Below are positions 36,868-47,304 of a DNA stretch of 52,354 nt, piece after piece. Each line of letters begins with the position of its first letter. Within the stretch, counting starts at the first letter, position 1. The stretch spans positions 1 to 52,354 of the forward strand of contig JAFTKY010000017.1 in NCBI GenBank assembly GCA_017453005.1, written 5' to 3'. The notes beneath the pieces were generated by a model. The model ran no database searches. It was not told where the DNA came from and saw only the letters and a list, made by a program, of their open reading frames with translations. The stretch comes from Clostridia bacterium (GTDB lineage: Bacteria > Bacillota > Clostridia > Oscillospirales > CAG-272). A program made the position numbers and the translations under genes.

Positions 36868-38670
36868 CTATATTTTTGTGCCAATTATACTAATATCTAC
36901 ACAATGATAGGTTTCTGATGGGGTTATGGATATATCAAGCAAATATCCACCATAGTTTATGGTGACTGTTTTTTCATACTCTCCGTCGTAAAAACTACTC
37001 ACTAGCGTATTTTTTAATTCGTCATCACTTGTTGTTTTGGTGAATAGCATAGTTATCAATCGAACTATAGCACCATCCTCGTATTTCATATTGTCATAGT
37101 AACATCGGTATATATTTGCTGAAAAATTATTATAATTTGAAAGAGTCATAACCCCATTCTCTTGGTTATCTATGAGAAATGATATATTTATTTCATTATC
37201 GTATATGGTTTTATCTAATACGATAAATTGTGTTGCGGTAAATATGTTATTTGCTTGATTTGCCATATTACAAATGCTTTCAATATATTCCAATCGTTTT
37301 AGCCATTCTGCGCTATCCATGTAATTGATACATTTTTTTAACAATTCTACAGCCTTGCAGTATAATACATACTCAGTACTATTTTCATACGTATAATTGC
37401 GCCCCAGCTCAGAGCCGAAACATTCCAAATATAAATTCACTTCAACCATAGCGCTGTCATAATAATATGGATTAACAATGTCGTCGGTATCTTTATAACC
37501 CCTACAGTTTTCAAAATATGTGAGGGATGCTTCTAGATTTCCAGAGTCTATTAGCTCCTTCCCGTATAAGTAATTCATTTCCACAATCATCTCTTGTGCA
37601 TTTGAGTAATCTTCTGCAATTTTGTAATTTTTTATTGCATTAGTATAATCTTTCGCTTGAGCATATTTTTCTGCTATGCGATAATAAGCCTCATAATATC
37701 GTTCTTGAGAATCGCCATAATTGTATTCGCTTGCCTTTTTAAAATACCCCGCCGCAGTTTCAAACTGACCATTTTCTAATTCATCACATCCGGTCAAATA
37801 ACATGCTTCAAGGTATTTTTGAAATAAATCTTCGTCATCCCAATAAAAAGAATAATAGATTTTTTCTAAATAAATAAAGGCAGTTAAGTGATCCTTTTCT
37901 TTCATTGCCTCTTCTGCAACCAAACGGCAGGATTCTGCGAATTTATCACGTGCGTCGTCGTAATCATTTGCAGCATCGAAATACTCTACCGCTGAATCGT
38001 AAACATGATTATTAAATGCGGTCATACCTTTTTCATAACAAAGTTCTTTATAATTACAATAGACAAGAAGCTGTAGAGGAATATAGTCTTGCCAATCATC
38101 ATATGTGTGTCTATATGCTATGATCTCAAGTGTAAAATCTTCAAATTCAAAAATAAGAGTTTTCCAACCCTGCTCCCAAGGATTTCCATTATCATCGCAC
38201 CCCTTTGGAACACTGTATCTTGGTTCGGGAATATTATCAGTATCTATTTTCAATATCGCTTCAATCAAGGAAGAGACATTTTCATGATAAATCTCAGATG
38301 TAATTCCACCAAATGCATACACAGTATCAAAAATTGTAAGTATACATCCGTCTCCTATTCCGTATGAATCATATGCATTAATGTAATATGCATCAAAGTT
38401 ATAGGCAGAGGTCTGATCAAAAACATCTATATCAAACGGGGTGAAACGCGAAGATGTGAAAAATGAATCTCGATAAGCTGAAGGAATAGATTCTGTTGTG
38501 ATCGAAAGGGTTTCAAGCGTTTTTTGAGCATCATCCCAATTACAATTAATAATTTGAGTCAAACTTTCGGATTCCTGCGTTTTGGTTGTCTGCGTTTTGG
38601 TTGTATTTGTACAGGCAGTCATTGTAATTGCAAGTATACATAATAACAGCACACATATTGTTTTTTTCAT
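36868..38670 (-). CDS. AT-rich lipoprotein with TPR-like helical repeats
   Basis: Lipobox MTAC; repeated Y.DS/A...E.YY..A helical units; visibly lower GC than the flanks. Confidence 0.8.
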   Translation of the reverse strand: MKKTICVLLLCILAITMTACTNTTKTQTTKTQESESLTQIINCNWDDAQKTLETLSITTESIPSAYRDSFFTSSRFTPFDIDVFDQTSAYNFDAYYINAYDSYGIGDGCILTIFDTVYAFGGITSEIYHENVSSLIEAILKIDTDNIPEPRYSVPKGCDDNGNPWEQGWKTLIFEFEDFTLEIIAYRHTYDDWQDYIPLQLLVYCNYKELCYEKGMTAFNNHVYDSAVEYFDAANDYDDARDKFAESCRLVAEEAMKEKDHLTAFIYLEKIYYSFYWDDEDLFQKYLEACYLTGCDELENGQFETAAGYFKKASEYNYGDSQERYYEAYYRIAEKYAQAKDYTNAIKNYKIAEDYSNAQEMIVEMNYLYGKELIDSGNLEASLTYFENCRGYKDTDDIVNPYYYDSAMVEVNLYLECFGSELGRNYTYENSTEYVLYCKAVELLKKCINYMDSAEWLKRLEYIESICNMANQANNIFTATQFIVLDKTIYDNEINISFLIDNQENGVMTLSNYNNFSANIYRCYYDNMKYEDGAIVRLITMLFTKTTSDDELKNTLVSSFYDGEYEKTVTINYGGYLLDISITPSETYHCVDISIIGTKI

Positions 38671-38714
38671 AGAGTATCCCCTTTTTCTTAAGAAATGCTT
38701 TTATCCAATAAGCC

Positions 38715-38770
38715 ATTATAACACCATTTGGTGTTATTGTCAACGCCAATCGGTGTTTTTTTGATAGAAT
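38715..38770. promoter_or_regulatory. Divergent promoters with two tandem operators
   Basis: Minus strand TTGACA(38738-43)-17bp-TATAAT(38715-20); palindromes ATAACACCAttTGGTGTTAT(38718-37) and AACGCCAATCGGTGTT(38742-57); plus strand TGnTAGAAT. Confidence 0.7.
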
Positions 38771-38803
38771 ATTTACATAAAATATCAAAAAAGGAAGAAT
38801 AAG

Positions 38804-39004
38804 ATGTTTGTATATCACAGGGTAAGAGATTTACGCGAGGATCATGATAAAACGCAAAGAGAAATAGCAGACGTATTGCACATGCAATTAACGGTATATC
38901 AAAGATACGAGCGTGGTGAGCGAGAACTTCCGCTTTGGGCGGCAATAAAACTGGCACAGTATTATCGTGTGTCGCTTGATTATTTGGTTGGACTTAAGGA
39001 CTAA
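38804..39004 (+). CDS. Small XRE-family HTH regulator
   Basis: RDLREDHDKTQREIA..YQRYERGERE..LAQYYRVSLDYLVG. Confidence 0.92.
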   Translation: MFVYHRVRDLREDHDKTQREIADVLHMQLTVYQRYERGERELPLWAAIKLAQYYRVSLDYLVGLKD

Positions 39005-39028
39005 ATTTGGAATAATGAAACGAGGAAT

Positions 39029-39086
39029 CGCAGGATGTCAAGTTTGGACACACCCACTTGACATCCTGCGGGTTTTATGTTATTAT
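39029..39086 (+). promoter_or_regulatory. 15-bp inverted repeat (terminator-like) containing the -35 of the next promoter
   Basis: CGCAGGATGTCAAGT/ACTTGACATCCTGCG; TTGACA(39058-63)-17bp-TATTAT(39081-86). Confidence 0.6.
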
Positions 39087-39108
39087 GATATTATAGGAGG
39101 TGGATATT

Positions 39109-39564
39109 ATGTATTGGATAATTTATTACGTAGCTACAATGGCGGTCAATACTTTATGTGTGATAGCATTTCGCGAGAATATCAATATAAATCTTGAGTC
39201 TGTCATACCTGTTGTAATGATTGGACTGTCGATATTTGAGGCTTGCTATCTGGCAAACAAGGACAATTTTGAGAAAAATACACAATATACCTCTCAAAAC
39301 ACGTTGAATGATAAAGAAAAAAGCGAGATGTATCTGTGTATGCGCCGCGCGTTTTTAGTGGCAATACCCTTGTTTGTTCCGTTTATATTCTTCTTTTCAA
39401 AATGGATAAAAATATTATCGGTTTTGGTGCTGTTTTTGACCTTTGTCGGCGGAGGAGTGTATTTCCGTATAAAACACGGAAAAGCTGTTGAGAGCAGATG
39501 GACGGACGAGAGCGAAGAGCTAAAGGAACAGCAGAGAAAAGAAGAGATGGGTAAGTTTAAATAA
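39109..39564 (+). CDS. Hypothetical four-TM membrane protein
   Basis: AGGAGGT RBS before ATG 39109; hydrophobic helices; charged tail ELKEQQRKEEMGKFK. Confidence 0.78.
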   Translation: MYWIIYYVATMAVNTLCVIAFRENININLESVIPVVMIGLSIFEACYLANKDNFEKNTQYTSQNTLNDKEKSEMYLCMRRAFLVAIPLFVPFIFFFSKWIKILSVLVLFLTFVGGGVYFRIKHGKAVESRWTDESEELKEQQRKEEMGKFK

Positions 39565-39599
39565 AAAAAGCCTTCCCCCGCAAAGGGAAGGCTTTTTTT
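39563..39599. terminator. Bidirectional terminator
   Basis: AAAAAAGCCTTCCC-CCGCAAA-GGGAAGGCTTTTTT. Confidence 0.85.
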
Positions 39600-40320
39600 A
39601 TTTATAAAAATCTACCCATCTGTCAAGCGTTGCTTTGTCCTTGCCCGAGAGAGTAGAATAATCTCGCTTGGTTTTGTAATCGTAAATTATGAGTGTGCCG
39701 TAGGCATCCTCGTCGTAATTGATGTCACCAACATAATATACGTCAACGTAGACCGCAAGCACGCTTTCGTCTATCTTGACGCCGTCAAATACGTATTTTT
39801 GGAAGTTATACAGATTTTTCCGGTCTTTTTGCGAGCGAGACGCGTGAACGCGAACGAACTTGACGCTTTCGGGATTATTTCCCGCGTTGTCTGAGGTATC
39901 GTTTGGTGTGAGGTCGTATGCAATCGTCAGGGTAACGTCGTATACGTCCTCGTCACGCGAGGGCACGCTCTCAAGCCCGTAGTCCTCGCGCAGATGCTCA
40001 AGTGTTGACTTGTTGTATCTGAAAACCACCTGCACCTGCTCGGCTTCCTCGTAAAACTTTGCCTCCGAGACGTAAAAATATCCCGAGTTGTTGTCTCCGC
40101 GTGTTATCTTGTCCTGCTTTTGCGTGAATACGTTTATCTGCCCGTGCTCTGCATACGCCTCGCAAAGAGCTTCGTTAGGTATGATACTCTTCATTGAATT
40201 TGGTATTCCCGAGGAGAACATTCTCCAGAGGAGCACGCCTACCACCGCAATTATTATAAGAGAGCACAAGGTCTTGAATACAAAAGAGACTATGTGCGCG
40301 CTGAATTTTCTTTTTATCAT
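39598..40320 (-). CDS. Hypothetical membrane-anchored protein
   Basis: Single N-terminal TM, host-like codon usage, follows ruvX. Confidence 0.75.
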   Translation of the reverse strand: MIKRKFSAHIVSFVFKTLCSLIIIAVVGVLLWRMFSSGIPNSMKSIIPNEALCEAYAEHGQINVFTQKQDKITRGDNNSGYFYVSEAKFYEEAEQVQVVFRYNKSTLEHLREDYGLESVPSRDEDVYDVTLTIAYDLTPNDTSDNAGNNPESVKFVRVHASRSQKDRKNLYNFQKYVFDGVKIDESVLAVYVDVYYVGDINYDEDAYGTLIIYDYKTKRDYSTLSGKDKATLDRWVDFYK

Positions 40321-40332
40321 TTTATTTATCCT

Positions 40333-40797
40333 TTATGACATATTTTTAAGTCTGTCAAGTGCGTTCTGGAGTATTATCTGCGCGGACAGCGTATCGATTA
40401 CCCCCTTACGCTTTGCTCCCTTGGTGTCCGTCTCGTTGAGATATCTTGCCGCCGCCATGGTAGTCATTCTCTCGTCAAGCATGACTATGGGCATCTCGGG
40501 AAGTCCTGCGCGGGTCATTTGTTCGCAGAGGACTGACGCAAATTTTCTCGCGTGCTCGGCTCGCGGGCCCTCGCTTCCGTTCATGTTGACGGGAAGACCG
40601 ACTACGATGCCTCCGCGCACGTTCTGCTCGCGGATTATCTCGCATATCTTCTCGGCGGTCCTTTGCATACCGCCAACGCTTATATAACCTATTCCCGACG
40701 CGAGAAATCTCGTATTGTCGCAAACGGCAAGACCCGTTCGCTTATCGCCAAAGTCGACCCCGAGAATTTTTCCCGTCGTGTTTTTTATTCTCTGCAT
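40333..40797 (-). CDS. ruvX: YqgF/RuvX-family nuclease
   Basis: GVDFGDKRTGLA, VVGLP, DERMTT, ID..SAQIILQ. Confidence 0.94.
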   Translation of the reverse strand: MQRIKNTTGKILGVDFGDKRTGLAVCDNTRFLASGIGYISVGGMQRTAEKICEIIREQNVRGGIVVGLPVNMNGSEGPRAEHARKFASVLCEQMTRAGLPEMPIVMLDERMTTMAAARYLNETDTKGAKRKGVIDTLSAQIILQNALDRLKNMS

Positions 40798-40824
40798 ATT
40801 TTTCTGCCTTTACGTTAAAAATTA

Positions 40825-41313
40825 TCAATCAAACGTGGTGTTATCGTCACTTATTTCGGGCTCCTTGTAGGGACAGCCGCAAATAATACATACGCCCCCA
40901 TAGTAGAAGTGGTCTTCCTTGCCCGTGACTGCAAAGCATACGGAACATTCCTTTGCGTGATGCTCCTCGTCAATGACATAGCCCTCGGTGAGAGTGTGCG
41001 CCGTCTTGTTCTCAATAGCCGTTTTGACCTCGCCGCAGAGCTTACAGGTGTAATTGGTCAGTCCCCGCTCGGTGCAGCTTGGCTCAACTACGACCTTGCC
41101 CTCACCGTACGCGTGACCGAGAGCGGATACGTTCGTCTCCTCGGTATGACCGCAGGCACATTCGCGCACAAGCACGCCTTCCTCATTGCAGGTGGGTTGC
41201 GTCAGAATACTCCACGAGCCGTACGTATGCGTGTGGATATTCGTTTTACTGCTACACGCGCAGAGCGTGAGCAGAGTGACGGTGATAATACAAATAAATC
41301 TGAATATCTTCAT
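40825..41313 (-). CDS. Lipoprotein with His/Cys-rich PTC..CxxC repeats
   Basis: ATG 41313 overlaps the upstream stop (ATGA); lipobox LCAC; HTHTY..PTC..C.CG repeats. Confidence 0.8.
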   Translation of the reverse strand: MKIFRFICIITVTLLTLCACSSKTNIHTHTYGSWSILTQPTCNEEGVLVRECACGHTEETNVSALGHAYGEGKVVVEPSCTERGLTNYTCKLCGEVKTAIENKTAHTLTEGYVIDEEHHAKECSVCFAVTGKEDHFYYGGVCIICGCPYKEPEISDDNTTFD

Positions 41314-41639
41314 ATTTCCGCTGCCGTGAGCTTGATGAGAAGCTGAAGATTGTCGGGCTGAACGGTTGCTTCGTGCGCCGCTTTGTTTCGGTGTATCTCT
41401 CCGCACCTCTGACACTTGTGCAGAATAATATATCCCTTTTTCGCGTCGTAGACAACCTTAACGGGCTCCATTTGTCCCTGACATTCACACGCTCTGTCTC
41501 CGGGGTTTATGTCAAGATGAAGCGACCACAGGCAAAACGGACAGTGATTGCGCGAGGTGTATCCAAGAGGCTTTACCTCGCTGCCGCAATGCGCGCAGAC
41601 AAAGCCGCTGTCATTCTTTGAAAATCTTTTCTGCTCCAT
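41310..41639 (-). CDS. RNHCP-domain protein
   Basis: FVCAHCG..SRNHCPFCLWSLHLD..PGDR. Confidence 0.92.
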   Translation of the reverse strand: MEQKRFSKNDSGFVCAHCGSEVKPLGYTSRNHCPFCLWSLHLDINPGDRACECQGQMEPVKVVYDAKKGYIILHKCQRCGEIHRNKAAHEATVQPDNLQLLIKLTAAEI

Positions 41640-41640
41640 A

Positions 41641-42492
41641 TTACTTGACCTTGACCGTCTCGCCGGGCTCGACCTTTATAAGTCTGCCGTCGCAGTCAAA
41701 CCAGACCGTCTGGCAGGACGGGTTTTTGACGAGACTGCCGTTCATGGAGAACTGAAGGGAATTGTATGCGGCAACGTAATCGTATATTTCAATATTCGTT
41801 GCGTACCAGACCTCGTCGTGTCCGCCCGCCTTTTCGCAGAACTCCTCAATTCGCTCCCAGTTGTTATCGTTTTCAAACTCGTATGCGTGTCCCCAAACGT
41901 AGAAAAGATAAGTCTTATTCCAAAAATCAAGCTCGGGTGCGAGAAATCTTTCAAGATATACGAAAAGGTTGGGGTCGTTGTGGTGGCAGGTTGCAGGCAT
42001 ACGCAGCCATCTGTCCGAGGGGACGACGAAATTGCCCGTACACTCGGTCGTGCGCGCGTATACTATTCCCGCGCCGCCGAGCACCTCGGCGGTCATTTCG
42101 CTTGACGTTCCCATGGGATACGCACAGCCGCGTACTATTCTTCCGAAATATCCCTCAAGAAGCTCTCTGTCCTTGACTACCTCGTAGGTCGCAAGAGTGC
42201 GGGGAAGTCTGTCAAGGAAGGGGTGAGTGTGACAGTGTATAGCTATCTCGTGGTTTTTGCCAAGCTCACCGTTGTACGCCTCAATAGCCTCGCGGCGCGC
42301 CATAGGTCTGTGTATCGCGCCTGCGGGAAATTCGCGCTCCTCTGCAAGCAGATGTATGCTGTTGAGGTTGAACGTGCCTTTAAGTCCGTTTTTATTTAAA
42401 ATCTCCATCAGGCGCTTGTCCTGCTGGACGCCGTCATCATAGCTGAAGGTCAGAGCCTTGGCTCTGCCGCCGGGATATCTCATGAAAATCAT
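41641..42492 (-). CDS. Polysaccharide deacetylase family (CE4/NodB-like)
   Basis: TFSYDDG, HEIAIHCHTHP, AYPMG, FYVWGHAYEF. Confidence 0.88.
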   Translation of the reverse strand: MIFMRYPGGRAKALTFSYDDGVQQDKRLMEILNKNGLKGTFNLNSIHLLAEEREFPAGAIHRPMARREAIEAYNGELGKNHEIAIHCHTHPFLDRLPRTLATYEVVKDRELLEGYFGRIVRGCAYPMGTSSEMTAEVLGGAGIVYARTTECTGNFVVPSDRWLRMPATCHHNDPNLFVYLERFLAPELDFWNKTYLFYVWGHAYEFENDNNWERIEEFCEKAGGHDEVWYATNIEIYDYVAAYNSLQFSMNGSLVKNPSCQTVWFDCDGRLIKVEPGETVKVK

Positions 42493-42708
42493 ATAGCTTC
42501 TCCTTATATGTTACTCCAAATTCAATTATATACTTTTTACACAGAAAAGTCAATATTTTTGTGTGCAAAATAGTATACAAAACAAAAAAATAGTGTAGAA
42601 AAAAAGACGAAATATATTGACTTGAATGGATAAAAATGTTATAATAAATAAAATTGTGTTTTAACCTACTAAAGTGCACGAAACACACAATCGGAGGTCC
42701 CCCTAAAA

Positions 42709-44781
42709 ATGAATATCCCTTTTTGTAACGAGCAAAAAACCGAATGGTATCTTAAAGGCCTTGACTGCATGGACGGTGTCTGCGGTCTTAAGGTCAGCTT
42801 TTCAAACAGCAGCACGTGGAACTGTCACAAGGCGGTAGTATACGCAAACGGCGAGCCTGTCGGATGCGCCATGCTGGCAAACGCAAACGCCACGGACGAG
42901 GTGTGCTTTGAAATCCAGGAAACCAAAGGTATCGTTGATATATGTATAAAGACGAATGAGCCCACGCGGATACACAGTATATCCGTCGCCGCTCCCGAGG
43001 AGTACAAAAATCTGTCACCCGAGACGGCACAGACAAGCTATATTGACAACGGCATCAGCTCGTGGGAGGCAGTCGATATGCTTGGCAGACGCGTCGCCAC
43101 CGCCGAGGAGGTTGGAGAGAGACGCCCCGACAAAAAGGTTGGAATATTCTATTGGACGTGGAGAGACGCGCACCGCAACCTCCGTCCCATAAATCTCACA
43201 AAGCTTTTGGCTGAGTGCCCTGAGGCGGAGTTCGACCCGGACCATCCCGCATGGGGAACGCCTGACCTGCAGTGTCATTGGAACGAGCCGGGCATGGGAT
43301 TTTATCTTAACAGCGACCCGTACGTATTGCGCAAGCACGCGGTAATGCTTGCCGATGCGGATATAGATTTCGTGGTGTTTGACTGCACCAACGGAAGCTT
43401 TTTGTGGAAGGACGGCTACGAGCCGTTGCTTCGCGAATTTGCTAAGGCGCGTGAGGACGGAATTAAAGCTCCACAGGTCGCGTTTATGCTCAACTTCGCG
43501 GCGATGGAGTTCAGCGAGCACATGATACGCGCGCTCTATCAAGACCTTTACCGTCCCAGCAAATATAAGGACTTGTGGTTTACGCTTGACGGCAAGCCCC
43601 TTATTATGGCTTATCCCGACAGCCTTCCCAAGGAGGGTGTATGCGAGCAGGATACAAGACTTCTCGACGAGATAAGAGAATTTTTCGCATTCCGTCCCGG
43701 TCAGCCGCTTTACTACGGCGGACCTAACGGTCCTCACAAGAATACGCAGTGGGGCTGGCTTGAAATGGCGCCCCAGCATAAATACTGTGAGCGCGAGGAC
43801 GGAGGATGCGAGATGATGACTGTTGGCGTTGCGCAGAACGCGCGCGACGGCAGAATATGCACCTACTTCAACGACGAGGGAACGTACGGCAGAAGCTACA
43901 CCAAGGCAGACGGACATTCAAAGCTCACAAGTCAGTCCTATAAGTACGGATATAACTTTGAGGAGCAGTGGAAAAACGCCCTTGAGGCAGATCCCGACAT
44001 CGTATTTATCACGGGTTGGAACGAATGGCAGATGGGAAGATGTCACGATTGCTGGATACTTGACCCCGATTCCAAGCAGATAGCCTTCGTTGACCAGTAT
44101 GACCGTGAGCACAGCCGTGACATTGAGCCTGATATAGACGGCTACCTTGACACATACTATCTCCAGATGATAAACAGCATTCGCAAATTCAAGGGCGCTG
44201 CGCCCCGCGTCAATGCCTCGGCGGAAAAGAGTATTGCTCTTGACGGCGGTAAGGCAGAGTGGGACGGCGTGCTTCCCGCGTATGAGAATACAAGGGGAGC
44301 TGTAAACCGCGACTTTGACGGATACAAGGGCTGTCATTACGTAAATGACAGCGCGAGAAACGAGATAATCAGCTCCCGCGTTGCGCGTGACGAGAGCAGT
44401 GTTTATTTCTACGTTGAGTGTGCCGATAAGCTCACAAGCCCCTCGGATAGCGGCTGGATGACGCTTTATATCGACGCGGACAGACAAAAGTCCACGGGCT
44501 GGGAGGGCTACGATTTCAGAATTTGTCACACTGTTGACGGCGCTGTGGTTGAGGCGTGCGTTGGTGACGGCTTTGAGTGGAAGACAGTAGGCACTGCAAA
44601 GAGAGTTATAGGCGAGGACTATCTTGCCATTGAGGTCGACAGAGCAGCTCTCGGACTTTGCGGCAGCCTTGATTTTGAATTTAAGTGGAGCGACAATATG
44701 CAGACTGCGTCCGTTATGGATTTCTACTACAACGGCGACTGCGCGCCTCACGGAAGATTTAATTACCTGTATAAAGAATAA
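42709..44781 (+). CDS. Putative glycoside hydrolase (GH99/GH71-like) with flanking beta-domains
   Basis: VGIFYWTW, DPYVLRKHA.ML.DA.IDF..FDCTN, FITGWNEW, E.SRDIEP; no signal peptide. Confidence 0.65.
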   Translation: MNIPFCNEQKTEWYLKGLDCMDGVCGLKVSFSNSSTWNCHKAVVYANGEPVGCAMLANANATDEVCFEIQETKGIVDICIKTNEPTRIHSISVAAPEEYKNLSPETAQTSYIDNGISSWEAVDMLGRRVATAEEVGERRPDKKVGIFYWTWRDAHRNLRPINLTKLLAECPEAEFDPDHPAWGTPDLQCHWNEPGMGFYLNSDPYVLRKHAVMLADADIDFVVFDCTNGSFLWKDGYEPLLREFAKAREDGIKAPQVAFMLNFAAMEFSEHMIRALYQDLYRPSKYKDLWFTLDGKPLIMAYPDSLPKEGVCEQDTRLLDEIREFFAFRPGQPLYYGGPNGPHKNTQWGWLEMAPQHKYCEREDGGCEMMTVGVAQNARDGRICTYFNDEGTYGRSYTKADGHSKLTSQSYKYGYNFEEQWKNALEADPDIVFITGWNEWQMGRCHDCWILDPDSKQIAFVDQYDREHSRDIEPDIDGYLDTYYLQMINSIRKFKGAAPRVNASAEKSIALDGGKAEWDGVLPAYENTRGAVNRDFDGYKGCHYVNDSARNEIISSRVARDESSVYFYVECADKLTSPSDSGWMTLYIDADRQKSTGWEGYDFRICHTVDGAVVEACVGDGFEWKTVGTAKRVIGEDYLAIEVDRAALGLCGSLDFEFKWSDNMQTASVMDFYYNGDCAPHGRFNYLYKE

Positions 44782-44787
44782 AAGACG

Positions 44788-44817
44788 GCTCGGGAGCGTT
44801 GCGCTCCCGAGCTTTTT
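44788..44817 (+). terminator. Intrinsic terminator
   Basis: GCTCGGGAGCG-TTG-CGCTCCCGAGC-T5. Confidence 0.85.
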
Positions 44818-44869
44818 GTATTTTATTATTGTAAATTTGTATTTTAATATTCCAAATTTTTTATATCTA

Positions 44870-44898
44870 TTGACAAAGCACAAAAACTAATGTATAAT
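44870..44898 (+). promoter_or_regulatory. sigA promoter of pflBA
   Basis: TTGACA-17bp-TATAAT. Confidence 0.8.
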
Positions 44899-44911
44899 TA
44901 TCTTGTAAAAA

Positions 44912-45015
44912 AACATCGTATGACTGACGGGGCACGCGGATAACCGCGGGGGAATGCGGTGAATATTTGCCGACCGTCTGGGCGATTCAATGTTTTGGTT
45001 GAATTGTCCTTTTTG
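44912..45015 (+). ncRNA. ZMP/ZTP (pfl) riboswitch with terminator expression platform
   Basis: CGTATGACTGACGG..GCGGATAACCGC..GCCGACCGTCTGGGC consensus; GGGCGATTCAA/TTGAATTGTCC-T tract; upstream of pflB. Confidence 0.93.
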
Positions 45016-45072
45016 TTTGTATATAGACATAGAGATATACCGATATGAAAAATAATAGAAAGGAAGAGATAT

Positions 45073-47304
45073 ATGGAACACAAGAACTGGAACGGATTTA
45101 AAAAGGGCGTATGGCAGGATGAGATAAACGTACGCGACTTTATTCAGCAGAACTATAAGGAATATCTTGGTGACGGCAGCTTTTTGTCGGGACCCACGGA
45201 CAGAACGAATAAGCTCATGGAGAGAGTGAACGCGCTCTTTACGCTTGAGCGTCAGTGCGGAGGCGTGCTTGATATAGATACCGCAACGGTATCCTCGCTT
45301 ACGAGCTACAGCCCCGGATACGTAGATAAGGAAAACGAGATAATCGTAGGACTTCAGACCAACCGACCCTTAAAGCGCGGAGTAAACCCCTTCGGCGGCA
45401 TGAGAATGGTGCGTCAGGCGTGTGAGGCGTACGGATACAAGCTCAGCGAAAAGGTGGAGGAGGAATTCCGCTACCGCACTACGCACAACGACGCCGTTTT
45501 CCGCGGATATACCGAGGAGATGCGCGCGGCGCGTAAGTCTCACGTTATCACGGGACTTCCCGACGCGTACGGCAGAGGAAGAATTATCGGTGACTACCGC
45601 AGAGTTGCGCTTTACGGTGTCGATAAGCTTATCGCAGAAAAGAAAAACGACAGAAAAAAGATAGCAGAGGGCAATTTCACCACCGAGCTTATCCGTCTTA
45701 ACGAGGAGGTATCAAAGCAGATAACCTTCCTTGGCTACATGAAGGATATGGCGGCTATGTACGGCTATGACATCAGCCAGCCCGCAGAGAACGCTCGTGA
45801 GGCTATTCAGTGGACGTATTTTGCATATCTTGCATCCATCAAGGAGCAGAATGGCGCGGCTATGTCGCTTGGACGCGTCAGCACCTTCTTTGATATTTAC
45901 ATTGAGAGAGATATTCAGAGCGGCATTCTTACCGAGGCGGGCGCGCAGGAGCTTATAGACGATTTCGTTATCAAGCTCCGTCTTGCAAGACATCTCCGCA
46001 CGCCCGAATATAACGAGCTTTTCGGCGGCGACCCCATGTGGATAACCGAGGCTGTCGGAGGAATGGGCGAGGACGGAAGAACGCTTGTCACCAAGGGAAG
46101 CTTCCGTATTCTCAACACACTCTATACGCTCGGCTCGTCTCCCGAGCCTAACCTCACGGTGCTCTGGTCAACGGCTCTTCCCGAGGGCTTTAAGAAGTTC
46201 TGCGCGAAGGTGTCCAAGGATACGGACTCCATTCAGTATGAAAACGATGACGTTATGCGTCCCATTTACGGCGACGATTACGCTATAGCCTGCTGCGTAT
46301 CGGCTATGAAGGTCGGTAAGCAGATGCAGTTCTTCGGCGCAAGATGTAACCTTGCAAAGCTTCTTCTTATCGCAATAAACGGTGGCTACGATACGAGCAG
46401 CGGTATGCACATCGGACCTCAGATGCCCGTGCTTGACGGCAGCAAGCTTGACTATGATACGGTCATGGAGAGATACGATATTTATATCTCCTGGCTCAGC
46501 CGTCTGTACGTAAACACCATGAATATCATTCACTATATGCACGACAAGTATGCGTACGAAAAGACGCAGATGGCTCTCCACGATACAGACGTAGGACGCT
46601 TTATGGCGTTTGGTATCGCGGGACTGTCCGTTGTTGCGGACTCGCTCAGCGCGATAAAGTTCGCAAGCGTTACTCCCGTGAAAAATGACAGCGGATTTAT
46701 TACCGACTTCGTGACCGTGGGTGATTTCCCCAAGTACGGAAACGACGACGACAGAGTTGACCTTATCGCAAAGGAAATGACCCACAAGGTTATATGTGAG
46801 CTTCGCAAGACCCCCGCATACAGAAACGCGGAGCATACGCTTTCCGTGCTCACCATTACGTCAAACGTAATGTACGGTAAGAACACGGGCGCAACACCCG
46901 ACGGCAGAAAGGCTTGCTCGCCCTTTGCCCCCGGTGCAAACCCCATGCACAACCGTGAGGAAAACGGCGCGCTTGCGTCTCTTAACTCGGTAGCGAAGAT
47001 AAGCTATGACGATTGTCGCGACGGTATCTCAAATACCTTCTCGATAACCCCCGAGGCGCTCGGCAGAACGGACGGCGAGAGAATTGACAACCTCGTATCT
47101 ATTCTTGACGGATATTTCTCAAAGGGCGCGCATCATATAAACGTAAACGTGCTCAATCGCGAGACGCTCATGGCGGCGTATGAGAACCCCGAGGCATACC
47201 CCAACCTCACGATAAGAGTTTCGGGCTACGCCGTAAACTTCAATAAGCTTTCCCGTGAGCAGCAGCGCGAGGTCATCAGCCGTACCTTCCACGAAAGCTT
47301 ATGA
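45073..47304 (+). CDS. pflB: Pyruvate formate-lyase
   Basis: [24 protein letters not shown], glycyl-radical motif RVSGYAV. Confidence 0.98.
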   Translation: MEHKNWNGFKKGVWQDEINVRDFIQQNYKEYLGDGSFLSGPTDRTNKLMERVNALFTLERQCGGVLDIDTATVSSLTSYSPGYVDKENEIIVGLQTNRPLKRGVNPFGGMRMVRQACEAYGYKLSEKVEEEFRYRTTHNDAVFRGYTEEMRAARKSHVITGLPDAYGRGRIIGDYRRVALYGVDKLIAEKKNDRKKIAEGNFTTELIRLNEEVSKQITFLGYMKDMAAMYGYDISQPAENAREAIQWTYFAYLASIKEQNGAAMSLGRVSTFFDIYIERDIQSGILTEAGAQELIDDFVIKLRLARHLRTPEYNELFGGDPMWITEAVGGMGEDGRTLVTKGSFRILNTLYTLGSSPEPNLTVLWSTALPEGFKKFCAKVSKDTDSIQYENDDVMRPIYGDDYAIACCVSAMKVGKQMQFFGARCNLAKLLLIAINGGYDTSSGMHIGPQMPVLDGSKLDYDTVMERYDIYISWLSRLYVNTMNIIHYMHDKYAYEKTQMALHDTDVGRFMAFGIAGLSVVADSLSAIKFASVTPVKNDSGFITDFVTVGDFPKYGNDDDRVDLIAKEMTHKVICELRKTPAYRNAEHTLSVLTITSNVMYGKNTGATPDGRKACSPFAPGANPMHNREENGALASLNSVAKISYDDCRDGISNTFSITPEALGRTDGERIDNLVSILDGYFSKGAHHINVNVLNRETLMAAYENPEAYPNLTIRVSGYAVNFNKLSREQQREVISRTFHESL

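Noticed and set aside
36868-39564. Prophage or transposon
   Set aside because: AT-rich with an XRE gene, but no integrase, transposase, phage genes or flanking att repeats were seen.
21977-44883. Long antisense ORFs (21977-23026, 31247-32458, 35746-36831, 43015-43917, 43918-44883)
   Set aside because: Shadow frames opposite well-supported genes, with no recognisable motifs.
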